A model generated the notes under the pieces. That model was given only the letters and a program-made list of their open reading frames with translations. It was not told where the DNA came from and ran no database searches. DNA of 64,000 bases, from assembly GCA_038087875.1 (NCBI GenBank), contig CM075993.1, forward strand, positions 2,420,001-2,484,000, given 5' to 3'. A program made the position numbers and the translations under genes. Positions 50,950 through 64,000 of the stretch are shown here, piece after piece. How positions within the stretch are numbered: position 1 is the stretch's first letter; the number at the start of each line of letters is the position of its first letter. This DNA is from Malacoraja senta (taxonomy: Eukaryota).

Positions 50950-52254
50950 GCCCGAAACGTTGCCTTTTTCCTTCGGACCATAGATGCTGCCTCACCCGCT
51001 GAGTTTCTCCAGCACTTTTGTCTACCTTTGATTTTCCAGCATCTGCAGTTCCTTCTTAAACATCTTCCACCATCACTGTCTGTCTGCTTGCTTCCTTGAA
51101 GCCTATTCTCCATCCAGTCAGCTAGCTCTCCTTGGATCACCTGCGATCTAACCTTCCAGAGCAGCCTACCGTAAGTATTTACAAAAAACATTTGCATTTC
51201 CTTGATTTAACTGGCTCATGAAATACACTCGTAAGATAGACACAAAATGCTGGAGTAACTCAGCGGGACAGGCAGCATCTCTGGAGGGAAGGAATGGGTG
51301 ACGTTTTGTGTCGAGACCCTTCTTCAGACTACTTGAGATAGACACAAAGAGCAGGAGTAACTCAGCGGGACAGGCAGCATCTGTGGAGAACCCTTCTTAA
51401 GACTGACCCTACCCGAAACGTCACTTATTCCTTCTCTCCAGAGATGCTGCCTGTCCCGCTGAGTGACCCCAGTATTGTGTCTATCTTTGGTGTAAACCAG
51501 CATCTGCAGTTCCCTCCCACACAACTACACTAGTTAGCCATGCACCCTAAAAAGATTTTGGATGGCCATAGAACGCACTTGACGTAAGAGTGCCTGACAA
51601 CATGTATAACCTGCTGCAAAATAACCAGGGGCCACAAGTGCACATCTCGTTCAGACAACAGGGGAATTAATCGAATGGAATCAAAATCTAGTATCAACAT
51701 TGGCAAGAATGTAAATATCAGATTGTCACAAAGGCGACAGTTTTTCTTTTGCATCCTCTAGGGCAGTATATGTGTCATCCTTAATCAGTCTCAGCTACAG
51801 TATATATGACTCCAGGCCCATAGCACTCTGCTTAACCCTTTACTGACTCACAGTGATTGGACTTGGCTGCCTTTATCTTGCACTAAAGGTTATTCCCTTA
51901 TCATGTTTAGTTTAGTTTAGTTTTAGAGATATACAGCGCAGAAACAGGCCCTTTGGCCCACCGAGGCCGTGCCGACCAGCGATCCCCGTACATTAACACT
52001 ATGCAATTCAGACCTAAGGAAACTCCTCTTAATTTAGCCCAAATATGGTCTAATATAAGGAATACTGCTGCAATCTGATAAGTAAAGAAGGTGAGGTACA
52101 AAGAGACAGTGTGGAAACAGGCCCTTCGGCCCATCAAGTCCACTCTGACCTTCAGTTGCCCAATCGCATTAGTTCCATGGGCATTTCGCTTGGCAGCTTA
52201 CACCCCAGCGGTATGAACATTGACTTCTCCAACTTCGTAGCCCTTGCTTTCCTC

Positions 52255-52580
52255 TGGGGAAGTCCAGAACAAGGGGTCACAGTTTAAGGATAAGAGGGAA
52301 GTCTTTTAGGACCGAGATGAGAAAATCATTTTTTACACAGAGAGTGGTGAATCTGTGGAATTCTCTGCCACAGAAGGTAGTTGAGGCCAGTTCATTGGCT
52401 ATATTTAAGAGGGAGTTAGATGTGGCCCTTGTGGCTAAAGGAATCAGGGGGTATGGAGAGAAGGCAGGATGGGATACTGAGTTGGATGATCAGCCACGAT
52501 CATATCGAATGGCGGTGCAGGCTTGAAGGGCCGAATGGCCTACTCCTGCACCTATTTTCTATGTTTCTATGTTTCTATGT
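52255..52580 (+). mobile_element. CR1-clade LINE 3' end inserted in a Penelope fragment
   Basis: CR1 C-terminal coding motifs and (tttctatg)n tail. Confidence 0.88.
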
Positions 52581-52962
52581 TTCTCTCTCCATCCCTCCCC
52601 CTTCCCAGTTCTCCGACCAGTCTGACTGTCACCGACTACATTTTATCTCTGTTTACTTTGTTGTCACCTTCTCCCAGCGAACAACGATCTCAAGTCAAGT
52701 GAGTGAAGAGAGTTTTATTGTCATATGTCCCAGATAGGACAATGAAATTCTTGCTTGCTGCAGCACACAGAATATGTAAACATAGTACATAACGGAGAAC
52801 AAGAGTTTGGTGTGTGTATTTATACACATGCACAAATACTCAATAGATAAACAATAGAGTGCAATAAATAATAATAGTCTGTTATTTTCCTTGATATCCC
52901 CTTGGTCTCGTTATCACACCTTATACTTCCTTATCTCTGTATTTCCCTCTCCGCTGACTTCA

Positions 52963-52994
52963 GTCTGAGGAAGGGTCTCGACCCGAAACGTCAC
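52963..52994 (+). ncRNA. Minimal hammerhead ribozyme motif (subfamily A, CUGAGGA variant)
   Basis: gtCTGAGGAaGGGTctcgACCCGAAACGTCac; change falls at the variable N7 position. Confidence 0.55.
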
Positions 52995-54227
52995 CCATTC
53001 CTTCTCTCCAAAGATGCTCTCTGTCCCGCTGAGTTACTCCAGCTTTTTGTGTCTATCTTCGCATTAGTTCAATGTTATCTCATCCATTCCCTACACCCAA
53101 GGGATAATTTACAGAATCTACAAATCTACATCTTTGGGAAACCAGAGCACCAGGGAGGAAACCCACGTGGTTACTTGCATGCTTGCACATACGGTTTGAC
53201 ACTATTCTTATTACCTGATATTACGATTACTAGTTTATTGTATTATTGATTATTATAGATATGTCTCTGTGTGTTCAGGCTGTTCAACTGCAGGTGAAGG
53301 GTGTCAGGGGTTATGGGGAGAAGGCAGGAGAATGGGGTTAGGAGGGAGAGATAGATCAGCCATGATTGAATGGCGGAGTAGACTTGATGGGCCGAATGGC
53401 CTAATTCTACTCCCATCACTTATGACCTTAAGTAAGAAATTCATTGTTCCTTTGCCTGTACATATAATAATTAAATACACCTTACTTTTGACTGTCATTA
53501 AATGAGGCAGAATTCCTAAAGACTTTCTGACACAACATAAAGTTGTGGCAAGACGTACACAATACTCCAGCATTTTGTGCCTATCTTCGGTTTAAACCAG
53601 CATCTGCAGTTCCTTCCTACGCACAATGTCTGAAGAAGGGTTTTGACCCGAAACGTTGCCTATTTCCTTCGCTCCATAGATGCTGCCTCACCCGCTGAGT
53701 TTCTCCAGCATTTTTGTCTACCTTCGATTTTCCAGCATCTGCAGATCCTTCTAAACACAATATTCATTTTCTTTTCCAGAAAGCGATGGTGAAATATGGT
53801 CACATCAGCCTGTGTGATTCTTGATGCACCAAGTGTCTGACATATAGTTGGATCAAGATCATTAATGGCCGTTTCTTGAATGAGGCATGAAAATAGAATG
53901 TGGAATTGGTCACTGAAATGAATATCAAGCACTAAGTAATGAATTTAACTAGAAGAATCACAGTTTTAAATGCTAATTGCTCAGTGGCTGTTTATTTCAT
54001 TCCTTGTCACCCAATTCACTATGAATTTCCCCTCGCAATCCTTTGGACACAAGTTACGAAGTTGCTCCGTTAAAATTCACTGCAGATTGATGAATGACAT
54101 TTTTCTTTACAGCTCCTAAAGTAAGAGGAAGTCACACTGACAAAAATGGTGACAATAACTAGAATCGATCCTGGCATTTTCACACACATCATTAAATGGA
54201 GACGGCCGTGTTGCCTCACTCTCTTAA

Positions 54228-54254
54228 CTCTCTCTCTCTCTGTCTGTCTGTCTC

Positions 54255-54321
<67 letters not shown>

Positions 54322-54322
54322 G

Positions 54323-54402
<80 letters not shown>

Positions 54403-54531
54403 TCTCTCTCTCTTCATTTCCTTCTCTCTCTTCTGTCTGTTTGTCTGTCTGTCCCTATGCCTCTATGTCTCTCTATCACTCTCTCTTTCTATCTCTCTCT
54501 TTCTAGCTCTCTCTTTCTATCTATCTATCTT

Positions 54532-54601
<70 letters not shown>

Positions 54602-54612
54602 ATCTACCTATC

Positions 54613-54703
<91 letters not shown>

Positions 54704-54880
54704 CATCTATCTATCTGTCTGTCTCTCTCTCGCTGCCTCTCGCTGTCTGTCTACCTATCTACAGTATCTCTCTATCTATCTCTCATTGTTACTCCTTGTC
54801 CATCTCTCTTTATCTACCTCTCTCCCTATCTCTCTGCCCATCTCCCTCTCTCTCTCCCTATCTCCCTCTCTTTCCCTCCC
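54228..54880. repeat. Compound microsatellite (TCTG)n-(TC)n-(TCTA)n
   Basis: Direct reading. Confidence 0.97.
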
Positions 54881-55014
54881 TATATCTTTTCAACTATAAT
54901 GGAAATAAGTTTAATGCTTTAATTATTTTATCCTTTTAAAATGCTTCACTGCCAATTAAATACTCTTGAACTGTAAGAGTGGGAGAATGAATGGAATGGA
55001 GGTAGTTGTACACT

Positions 55015-55552
55015 GAGGAAGGACATTCTTGCCATAGAGGGAGTACAGAGAAGGTTCACCAGACTGATTCCTGGGATGACAGGACTTTCATATGAAGAAA
55101 GACTGGATAGACTCGGCTTGTACTCGCTGGAATTTAGAAGATTGAGGGGGGATCTTATAGAAACTTACAAAATTCTTAAGGGGTTGGACAGGCTAGATGC
55201 AGGAAGATTGTTCCCGATGTTGGGGAAGTCCAGAACAAGGGGTCACAGTTTAAGGGATAAGGGGAAATCTTTTAGGACCGAGATGAGGAAAACATTTTTC
55301 ACACAGAGTGGTGAATCTCTGGAATTCTCTGCCACAGAAGGTAGTTGAGGCCAGTTCATTGGCTATATTTAAGAGGGAGTTAGATGTGGCCCTTGTGGCT
55401 AAAGGGATCAGGGGGTATGGAGAGAAGGCAGGTACAGGATACTGAGTTGGATGATCAGCCATGATCATATTGAATGGCGGTGCAGGCTCGTAGGGCCGAA
55501 TGGCCTACTCCTGTACCTATTTTCTATGTTTCTATGTTCTATGTTTCTATGT
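55015..55552 (+). mobile_element. CR1-clade LINE 3' fragment
   Basis: ORF 55076-55348 plus frameshifted end and tail. Confidence 0.9.
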
Positions 55553-56939
55553 CTTCACCGATATCTATCAGAGTTCTGACTGTCACCTTCCTGAGTAAAG
55601 TATATTAATGATCCATAGCCAAACTACTAATGTTTTTTTTTATCATTCGATCTATTTTCATGGAAGTCCCTTAATTTTGGCATTTATTTCATCTTACATT
55701 TCAATTTCATTCCTCCTGTGGTAATGCCATGGTGGATTAAAGGATGTATGGTTTTGCATAAAGCCCAAGCAAGTTTTTGCCTTGACATTTACAACACATG
55801 CTTTACAAGTTCCAGTAACGGCAGTATTTACCTTGATCAGACATTAATTTCATATCTCACCACTTCAGAAAAAAATCCATCTCAGATAAATCGTTTGAAT
55901 AAAATTTAGCATTTCTTTCAGGAGATATTCTAATCAAAACATCTTTCCATCGCAATCAAATTCTACATTGATTATAGTATTTCATGTGGTTTTTGCTTCA
56001 TTTCAAACAGAGAGGCAGACTGGGATTTATACCGAACCTTGCGTGACCTTAGGACATCCCAACGCGATTTACAGGCATTGACGTACTTTCAAAGTGCAGT
56101 TACTGTTATAATATAGGAGATGAGACAGGCAATTACGTGCAGAACAGGTAACAAGCTCCAAGGAGATAAATAACCAAGTCTGCTGATGTTGGGTTGAAGA
56201 ATAAATATTGAATATAACGCTTCGAAAATAGTGTTATTGCGTCGTATCATAGAGTTGTACACTGTAAAATTGGGCCCTTCAGCCCATCATGTCAGTGTTG
56301 TTCTTTTAGTTCATATTCAGTATTAACATCGGCCTGCAGTAGGTACATATCCTTGTAGAAAGAAGGAACTGCAGGTGTTGGTTTATACCAAAGAAAGACA
56401 CAAAGTGCTTAGTTCTGTTTAGTTTATCGTCATGTGTACCGAGGTACAGTGAAAAGCTTTTGTTGCGTGCTAACCAGTCAGCAGAAAGACAATACATGAT
56501 TACAATCAATCCATTTATAGTGTACAGATACATGATAAGGGAATAACGTTCAGTGCAAAGTGAAGCCAGCAAAGTCCGATCAAGGATAGTCCGAGGGTCA
56601 TCAAAGAGGTAGATAGTAGTTAAGCACTGGAGTAACTCAGCGGATTAGGCAGTTACTCCAGCAGATATGTAACCTTGTTTGCCTTGCCAAAATATGTTCA
56701 TCTAAATATCTTTCAAACATAGTGATTGTATCTGACTCCACCACCTTCCCTGCCAGTTGAGTTCCAGAATTAAAACCAAACTCTGTGAAAAAAAATAGAC
56801 ACAAAAAGCTGGAGTAACTCAGCGGGACAGGCAGCATCTCTGGAGAGAAGGAACAGGTGACGTTTCGGGTCGGGACCCTTCTTCAGACCGAAGGATCTGA
56901 AAAAATACTCGCCTCTCAAATCACCTTTAAGACTCCTTA

Positions 56940-57332
56940 AGGGCCTGTCCCACTTACGGGACCTTTAGTGGCGACTGCCGGCACCCGTGATAGGTCGCAG
57001 AAATTTTCAACATGTTGAAAATTCAGCGGCAACCAGAAAGACGCTACGACTCTTTGGAGACCTCCTACAACCATAGGAGACCTCTCACGACCATACAGAC
57101 GACACCTGGCGACAACTCGCTGGTGACCTCTCACGACCATAGGAGACCTCTCACGACCATACAGATGACCCCTGGCGACCCCTGCGACCACTCCAAAGAG
57201 TCCTGGCGAGGTCTCCAAAGAGTCGTAGCGTTTTTCTGGACCCTGCTGAATTTTCAACATGTTGAAAATGTTGGCGACCTATCACGGGTGCCAGCAGTCG
57301 CCTGTAAAGGTCGCGGAAGTGGGACAGTCCCT
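56940..57332. mobile_element. PIF/Harbinger-type MITE, near-complete hairpin with internal direct repeats
   Basis: Same TIR; about 120-bp inverted arms each holding ttttcaacatgttgaaaa; centre has repeated gacctctcacgaccata motifs. Confidence 0.83.
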
Positions 57333-57490
57333 TTTCTCTCACCTTAAACCTATGCCTTGACTGTATTTTTAAAATATATATCACTACAATGGTGACAAAA
57401 TTGTAACTATCTAAGATACCTAAACCCCTTATAATTATACACCTTGCTATCATGTCTCACCTCAGCCTTTTTCTCACTCGAGAAAACTAA

Positions 57491-57748
57491 AGGGCCTGTC
57501 CCACGTGCATGCGACTGCATGCGGCAAGCGCGACCTGACATGGTCGCTTGAGCCATACGGCCTCGCGGGGCCGGTCCCACTTCGATCGCCGGAGCCGTAT
57601 GGAGTTGTGCGGAGCTGGTGCCGACATCGCGCGGGGCTCCGAAATAACTGACACTGTTCAAAAATTCCGCGCGGCAACGGCCTGCCGGCCCCGCTTCCGG
57701 TTTGGTCGCGCTTGCCACATGCAGTCGCATGCTCGTGGGACAGGCCCT
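57491..57748. mobile_element. PIF/Harbinger-type MITE, GC/CpG-rich
   Basis: TIR agggcctgtcccacg / cgtgggacaggccct with arms gcatgcgactgcatg; flanks TAA/TTA. Confidence 0.82.
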
Positions 57749-58081
57749 TTACTCAGACCAAATGATCTCCCCCCCCCATGTGCTCCTATCCAGGTAATGT
57801 CTTGGTGAAGATTGCAATTTTTTTTTGTTACAGTTGATGATAAGTTGATGTCTTCTGTCAAGGAAGGAACTGCAGGTGCTGGTTTACACCGACGACAGAC
57901 AAAAAATGCTGAAGTAGCTCGGAGGGACAGGCAGCATCTCTGGAGAGAAGGAATGGGTGACAATTTGGGTTGAGACCCTTCCTCAGACTCCAGTCAGGTG
58001 ATAGCAATGAGTCCCAGTTTACCTTCGACAACATTGTTGAGACGGAAGGAGATGACGGAGTCTGAGACAAAATCATCATGT

Positions 58082-58515
58082 CATAGAAATATAGAAACAT
58101 AGAAAATACGTGCAGGAGTAGGCCATTCGGCCCTTCGAGCCTGCACCGCCATTCAATATAATCATGGCTGGTCATCCAACTCAGTATCCTGTACCTGCCT
58201 TCTCTCCAACCCCCTGATCCCTTCGCCACAAGGGCCACATCTAACTCCCTCTTAAATATAGCCAATGAACTGGCCTCAACTACCTTCTGTGGCAGAGAGT
58301 TCCACAGATTCACCACTCTCTGTGTAAAAATGTTTTTCTCATCTCGGTCCTAAAGGATTTCCCCTTTATCCTTAAACTGTGACCCTTTGTTCTGGACTTC
58401 CCCAACATCGGGAACAATCTTCCTGCATCTAGCCTGTCCAACCCCTTAAGAATTTTGTAAGTTTCTATAAGATCCCCCCTCAATCTTCTAAATTCTAGCG
58501 AGTACAAGCCGAGTC
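58082..58515 (-). mobile_element. CR1-clade LINE 3' fragment
   Basis: ORFs 58310-58507 and 57858-58316. Confidence 0.9.
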
Positions 58516-59132
58516 ACCCAACGGGAGAGGATCTCGACCCGAAACGTCACCTATTCCCTTCGCTCCACAGATGCTGCCTCACCCGCTGAGTTTCTCCAGC
58601 ATTTTTGTCCACCTTCGATTTTTCCAGCAGTTCTTTCTTAAACATGTCACCCAACAGAAGGATACATACTCAACGAAAAGAGAAGAGCCTTTAAAGATGG
58701 AACAAACACACTGACTGGTGTGAGCGTGCATTAAAATACTTCATGCAAGCAATTTAGTTTGGAATTGATTTTTTGCTGGAGCAGAGAAGTTGTTGTTATG
58801 AGAGAGGCACTTCATGGCAAATAATATTTTGAATTGCCTATACCTGAAGTGCTTACAGAAGCTGTGTCTGTTCAGCAGAGTTGCTGCACAATTGTCTTAG
58901 GACTTCTTGAGTTTGTTTTGAGATATTCCTCTCTTGCCTTCGCGCAGTCAGTTCGCATCAGCCATTTCAAGAGACCATCATATTTGTCGCTAAATTGTTT
59001 TTTCACAAGGCCGTCCCTGGATGGGGCTATAATGTGAAAACCATCTGTGATTGACTGTCAAAGCGATTGGGACAACAGTAAATGGTCAGCTATTCTGAGA
59101 GCAGACCATCCAATAAAACACTTGTGGCGAAG

Positions 59133-59527
59133 GTAGACACAAAAAGCTGGAGTATCTCAGCTGGTCTGGCAGCATCTCTAGAGAAGAGGAACAGGTGACA
59201 TTCCGGGTCGAGGCCCTTCTTCGGACTGAGAGTCAGGGGAAAGGGAAACGGTGATGTAGAGAAGATATAGAACAAAAATGAATGAAAGATATGCAAAAAC
59301 GTAACGATGATAAAGGAAACAGGCCGTTGTTAGTTGTGGGCGAGGTGAAAATGAGTTACAGACAATGACACTCAACTTTGAACCTGTACAATGACTGTGA
59401 TGGGGGAGGGATGGAGAGAGAGGGGATGCAAAGGGTTACTTGAAGTTAAAGAAATCAATATCGCTGGGTTGTAAGCTGCCCTAGTGAAATATGAGCTGCC
59501 GTTCCTCCAATTTGCGTTTGGCCTCAC
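59133..59527 (-). mobile_element. Penelope-like element 3' end: ORF terminus, 3' UTR and hammerhead-motif repeat
   Basis: Minus strand reads SEAKRKLEERQLIFH*GSLQPSDIDFFNFK*, then UTR, then a degenerate ccgaagaagggcctcgacccggaatgtc motif; physically links the abundant short repeat to the Penelope ORF. Confidence 0.8.
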
Positions 59528-59534
59528 TAAACGC

Positions 59535-60022
59535 TTAGAGTCATAGAGTGATTCAAAGTGGAAACAGGCCCTTCGGCCCAACTTGCCCACACTGGCCAAC
59601 ATGTCCCAGCTGCACTAGTCCCACCTGCCTGAGTTTGGTCCATGTCATTCCAAACCTGTCCTATCCATGTACCTGTCCAACTGATTCTTAAATGTTGGGA
59701 TAGTCCCTGTCTCAACTACCTCCTCTGGCAGCTCGTTCCATATACCCACCACCCTTTGTGTGAAAAAGTTACCCCTCAGATTCCTTTTAAATCTTTTCCC
59801 CTTCACCGTAAACCCATGTCCTCTGGTTCTCAATTCCCCTACTCTGGGCAAGAGACTCTGTGCATCTACCCGATCTATTCCTCTCATGATTTTGTACACC
59901 TCTATAAGATCACCCCGCATCCTCCTGCACTCCAAGGAATAGAGACCCAGCCTACTCAACCTATCCCTATAGCTCACACCCTCTAGTCCTGGCAACATCA
60001 TCGTAAATCTTCTCTGTACCCA
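59535..60022 (-). mobile_element. CR1-clade LINE 3' fragment (6218 subfamily, single terminal unit)
   Basis: ORF 59645-60001; tail tagagtcatagagtg. Confidence 0.9.
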
Positions 60023-60472
60023 TTACTGGTGAAACACTGAAACACTTGTGGCAGTCTGTGTTGTGGATTGAAGGTTGCTTCAGGCCCACCTGAAAAAACA
60101 CTGCCACCTCTCAACTGCGACAAGGGAAGAAGACAAATGTGTCAAGCACTGTGTGGGTGGTCCGTGGTGAGATGGAATAGTCTGAAGGAAAACTTAGCCG
60201 AAGGCAAATGAAGTCAAGAATGTTTTGTTGCCATATGTCCTGAGACAGAGCATTGAAATTATTACTTGTTGCAGCAGTACAAAAGGTTTAATAGCCTGAT
60301 GGCTTTGGGGAAGTAGCTTTTCCTGAACCTGGACGTTGCAGTCATCAGGCTCCTGTACCTTCTACCTGAAGGTAGCGGGGAGATGAGTGTGTGGCCAGGA
60401 TGGTGTGGGTCCTTGATGATGCTGCCAGCTGTTTTGAGGCAGCGACTGCGATAGATCCCCTCGATGGAAGGA

Positions 60473-60625
60473 ATATAATATAATATAATATAATATAATA
60501 TAATGTATTATAATGTAATGTTATATAATATAATACAATACAATATAAATATAATATACTATAATGTATTATAATGTAATGTTATATAAATATACAATAC
60601 TATATAATATAATATAATATAATAT
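60473..60625. repeat. AT-rich low-complexity tract
   Basis: (aatat)n-like with a duplicated aatgtattataatgtaatgttatata block. Confidence 0.9.
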
Positions 60626-60633
60626 GATTCAAC

Positions 60634-60858
60634 ATGGCCTGTCCCACTTGGCGATTTTTTTGGCGACTGCCGGCATCATTGACTGACGTATCCGGTCACC
60701 GAAAATCTCGTGGCGTGATGACGTATTGGCGCGCGGTGTTTTTTCAAGTGTCACAACATTTTTTTTGTCGCCGCTGGATTTTGAATTGTTAAAATCTTTT
60801 GCCGACCCTGACATGACGCCGGCAGTCGCCGAAAAAATCGCCAAGTGGGACAGGTCCT
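60634..60858. mobile_element. PIF/Harbinger-type MITE
   Basis: ggcctgtcccacttggcgattttt...aaaaatcgccaagtgggacaggtcct inverted arms. Confidence 0.82.
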
Positions 60859-62200
60859 TAAAACCAGTTTCTGAAGTTCCTTGTTTCTACAAGATGAGTC
60901 CAAATGACTTGATGGGAAGAGTTACAAGCGTACTACAAGGGCGGAAGTTGATAATTTTTAGTTTAGAGATATAGTGTGTAAACAGGCCCTTCAGCCCACC
61001 GAGTCCACACTGACCAATGATCACCTGTATACTGGTTCTATCCTAGGGACAATTTACAGAAGCCAATTAACCAACATGTCTTTAGGATGTGGGAAGAAAC
61101 CGGAGCACCCGGAGAAAACCCACGCAGGTCAAAGGAAGAATGTACAAACTCCATACAAACAGCACCCGTAGTCAGGATCGAACCGGGGTCTCTGACGCTG
61201 TGAGGTAGCAACGCCACTGGTGTGGTACTGTGTCACCTTGGCAGCACGGTGGCACAGCGGTAGAGTTGCTGCCTCACAGCGCCAGAGACCCCGGTTCGCT
61301 CCTGACTACGGGTGCTGCATGTGTGGAGTTTGCACGTTCTCCCTCACACCGCGTGTGTTTTCTCCCACATTGCAAAGACGTGGACATTCCAGCATTCCAA
61401 CATCCCACATTCCAACCTCTCCCTGTAGCTCAGACCCTCGAGTCCTGGCAACATCCTCGTGAATCTTCTCTGAACCCTTCGCAGCTTGAGTCAGGAGATG
61501 AGAATTTTTTTCTCAGAGTGTTAGAAATCTTGTTGTTGCTATCATTGAACATATTCAGTGTTGAGATCGATTATTAGATTTTAAACGAACGCTGGCTTTA
61601 AAAGGAACTGACAGTAAAATGGATTTGAAGCCAATATTAGGTTAGCCTTGAATTGTTTGATTGTTGGAGCAGGCTTAAGGGGCTATATAATTGACACCAG
61701 CCCCTGAGTATGTCTTGTATGCCCATTACTCACGATACACACATTAACCACTCCAGTTCTGTCGGGCTTATAACACGTGCCCAGTGCAATAATATTGAAG
61801 ACAAATTACTCCGGAATCATTCCTGTAGTTAGCTATTTTGAGGGCTGTTAGCTGTTTTTTTTGTTAAGGTTTGTCATTAATTACCGCTAATCAAAAGTCA
61901 TCATGATGCATGTCTTTTCTGACTTTTCACCTCTTAACTGTAAAGGGCCTGTCCCACTTACGCGATTTTTTTCGGCGACTTGCCGGCACCCGTCATCGTC
62001 GCAGCAGGTTGCCGAAGATTTTCAACATGTTGAGAATCCAGCGGCGACCAGAAATAGGCACGACTCTTGAGCGACTACTCACGCTTCACCCCGCGGCCGC
62101 GACTGGTTTGGAGAACTAGGAAGGGGGAGGGATAGAGAGAGAGGGAAGCCAAGGGTCACTTGAAGTTAGAGAAGTCAATATTCATACTGCTGGGGTGTAA

Positions 62201-62656
62201 AGGGCCTGTCCCACTTGGGCGTCATTTGCGCGTTGGACATTGTGCCTTCCCCCACAGTGGAAATCATTGTGGGGGGATGATTTTTGTATGTAATTGTTTG
62301 TAATTGTATTTGTTAGTCTGTGTTCAAGATGGCGGTCGGAGGGGAGAGTGGACGCTGGCGTTAAATTGCCGCTGCTCTCTCCTCAAATTGTGCTTCTGAT
62401 TTTCTTTTTTTTGTGTTTTTGGAAGGAATTCTGTCCCTGATTTATGTATTGGTCTTTATAACCAATTTTTTTAAAATTCTGATTATATGTTTTCTATAAA
62501 TCTCTGTATGGTGTCCTTGAGACCTCGGTATAAGGCGCCCGTAAATAAAATCCATTATTATTATTATAGGCGGTCGCGCGCGGCACCCCAGGATGTACAA
62601 AATCTTCGCGTGCCATCTGCGTGACGCGCAAATGACGGCCAAGTGGGACAGGCCCT
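62201..62656. mobile_element. PIF/Harbinger-type MITE (11763 subfamily) with a secondary retroposon insertion at about 62233-62567
   Basis: TIRs and TAA TSD; the host Penelope fragment ctggggtg-taa-gctgtcc rejoins; the insert ends in (att)n. A truncated relative starts at 61944. Confidence 0.8.
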
Positions 62657-64000
62657 TAAGCTGTCCAAGTGTATTGGTTTATTACTAATAAGAGTACAGA
62701 GATACAAATAAAGATATTGTTTATATGTCACCCAGTCAAATCATACTGCACTTGTTCAATCAAGCCATGCGCAAGAATGAGGCAGGGATTATAATTTAGT
62801 GACCCAACTCATCCATGTCGACTGACATGCCCCGTCTAACATAGAATATATAGAAGATGGAACAGCAAAGCACAAGAACAGACCCTTCAGCCCATAATGT
62901 CTGTGCAAGACCAACACTTATCTGTCAGCACATAACCCATATCCCACCATTCACTGCATAGCTATAAGCGTACCCAAAATCGTTTAAATCCCACTAATGT
63001 ATCTGCTTCAACCATCACCCCTGGCAGTGTGTACCAGGCACACCTCAGTCTTGTGAAAAAAGACTTGCCTTACATCTTCAAACTTTAAACTTCAAGCAAG
63101 TCCAATTTTCCCACCTTTGGAAATTCCACACAGACAGAACCTGAGGTCAGGATTGAACCCAGGTCCCTGGCACCGTGAGACAGTAACTCTACTGCTGCGC
63201 CACTGTGCCGCCCTGATGTAAAACTTGTTACCCATTAACACCAGAACCCCTTCACAAGAGGACGACAGTGGCTTAAAATTGGGTTCATAAGTTCACAGTT
63301 CATAAATGATAGCAGAATTATGTCATTCAGCCCATCAAGTCTACTCCGCCATTCAATCATTGCTGATCTATCTCTCCCTCCTAACCCCATTCTCCTGCCT
63401 TCTCCCCGTAACCCCTGACACCCGTACTAATCAAGAATCTATCAATCTCTGCCTTAAAATTTTCCATTGATTTGGCCTCCACAGCCTTCTGTGGCACCAC
63501 TCTCTCAAGGGCAGTTGGGGATGAGGAATAAGCACTGGCTTCATCATCGATTCCCAAATCCTGCGAATGAATTGATGATAAAGACGTTAGATTGTCCTTA
63601 TAGAACAGAGTGTCCCTTGCCAGACCCGAGGCATGCCAAACGAAATCTACAGGGGGAAATGAAGATGACCAGAGTTGACAGTTCCATGGCTGGAGTGAAG
63701 ATCATATGTAAATCTGGCATTTAATCCCAGAATTATTCCAAGATATTGACCTTTATCTTGAATATTATGTTAAGAAAAAGGCTAGATAATTGCCTTCTGA
63801 ACTTTGAACCTGTGGCTGGAAAGTTTCGAAACTAAATAGCTATGAGGCAATTGCATATTTCGTTCTTTCGTTTTAGTTTTTAGTTTTAGAGATACAGCGC
63901 GGAAACAGGCTCTTCGGCCCACCGAGTCCGCACCGACCTGTGATCCCCACACATCAACACTGTCCTACACACACCAGGGACAATTTACACTTGTGCCAAG

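Noticed and set aside
54070..54939. ORFs of 115-258 aa (SLSL, SIYL, ERER); likewise 44749-45552 and 26185-26499
   Set aside because: Microsatellite translations.

Overview
Vertebrate intronic DNA, very probably a cartilaginous fish (skate/ray-type repeat content; inference), with two 200-N assembly gaps. The only host coding sequence I can find is one 162-bp, phase 0/0 exon of an HCN pacemaker channel gene (HCN4-like, + strand, 28116-28277), so the rest of the window is most likely two very large introns. Most of the remainder is transposable elements, often nested: CR1 LINE 3' ends, tRNA-derived V-SINE/HE1-type SINEs, a disabled L1-clade ORF2 with a tandem mosaic copy of its 3' end, a deleted hAT transposon, a set of PIF/Harbinger-type MITEs, a complete non-autonomous Helitron carrying tandem repeats, and simple satellites. 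The most interesting signal is a very abundant Penelope-like (GIY-YIG) element end that carries a minimal hammerhead-ribozyme motif in two subfamilies and repeatedly occurs as fold-back palindromes, some apparently copied as units. Coordinates of degraded repeats are approximate; no database searches were run.
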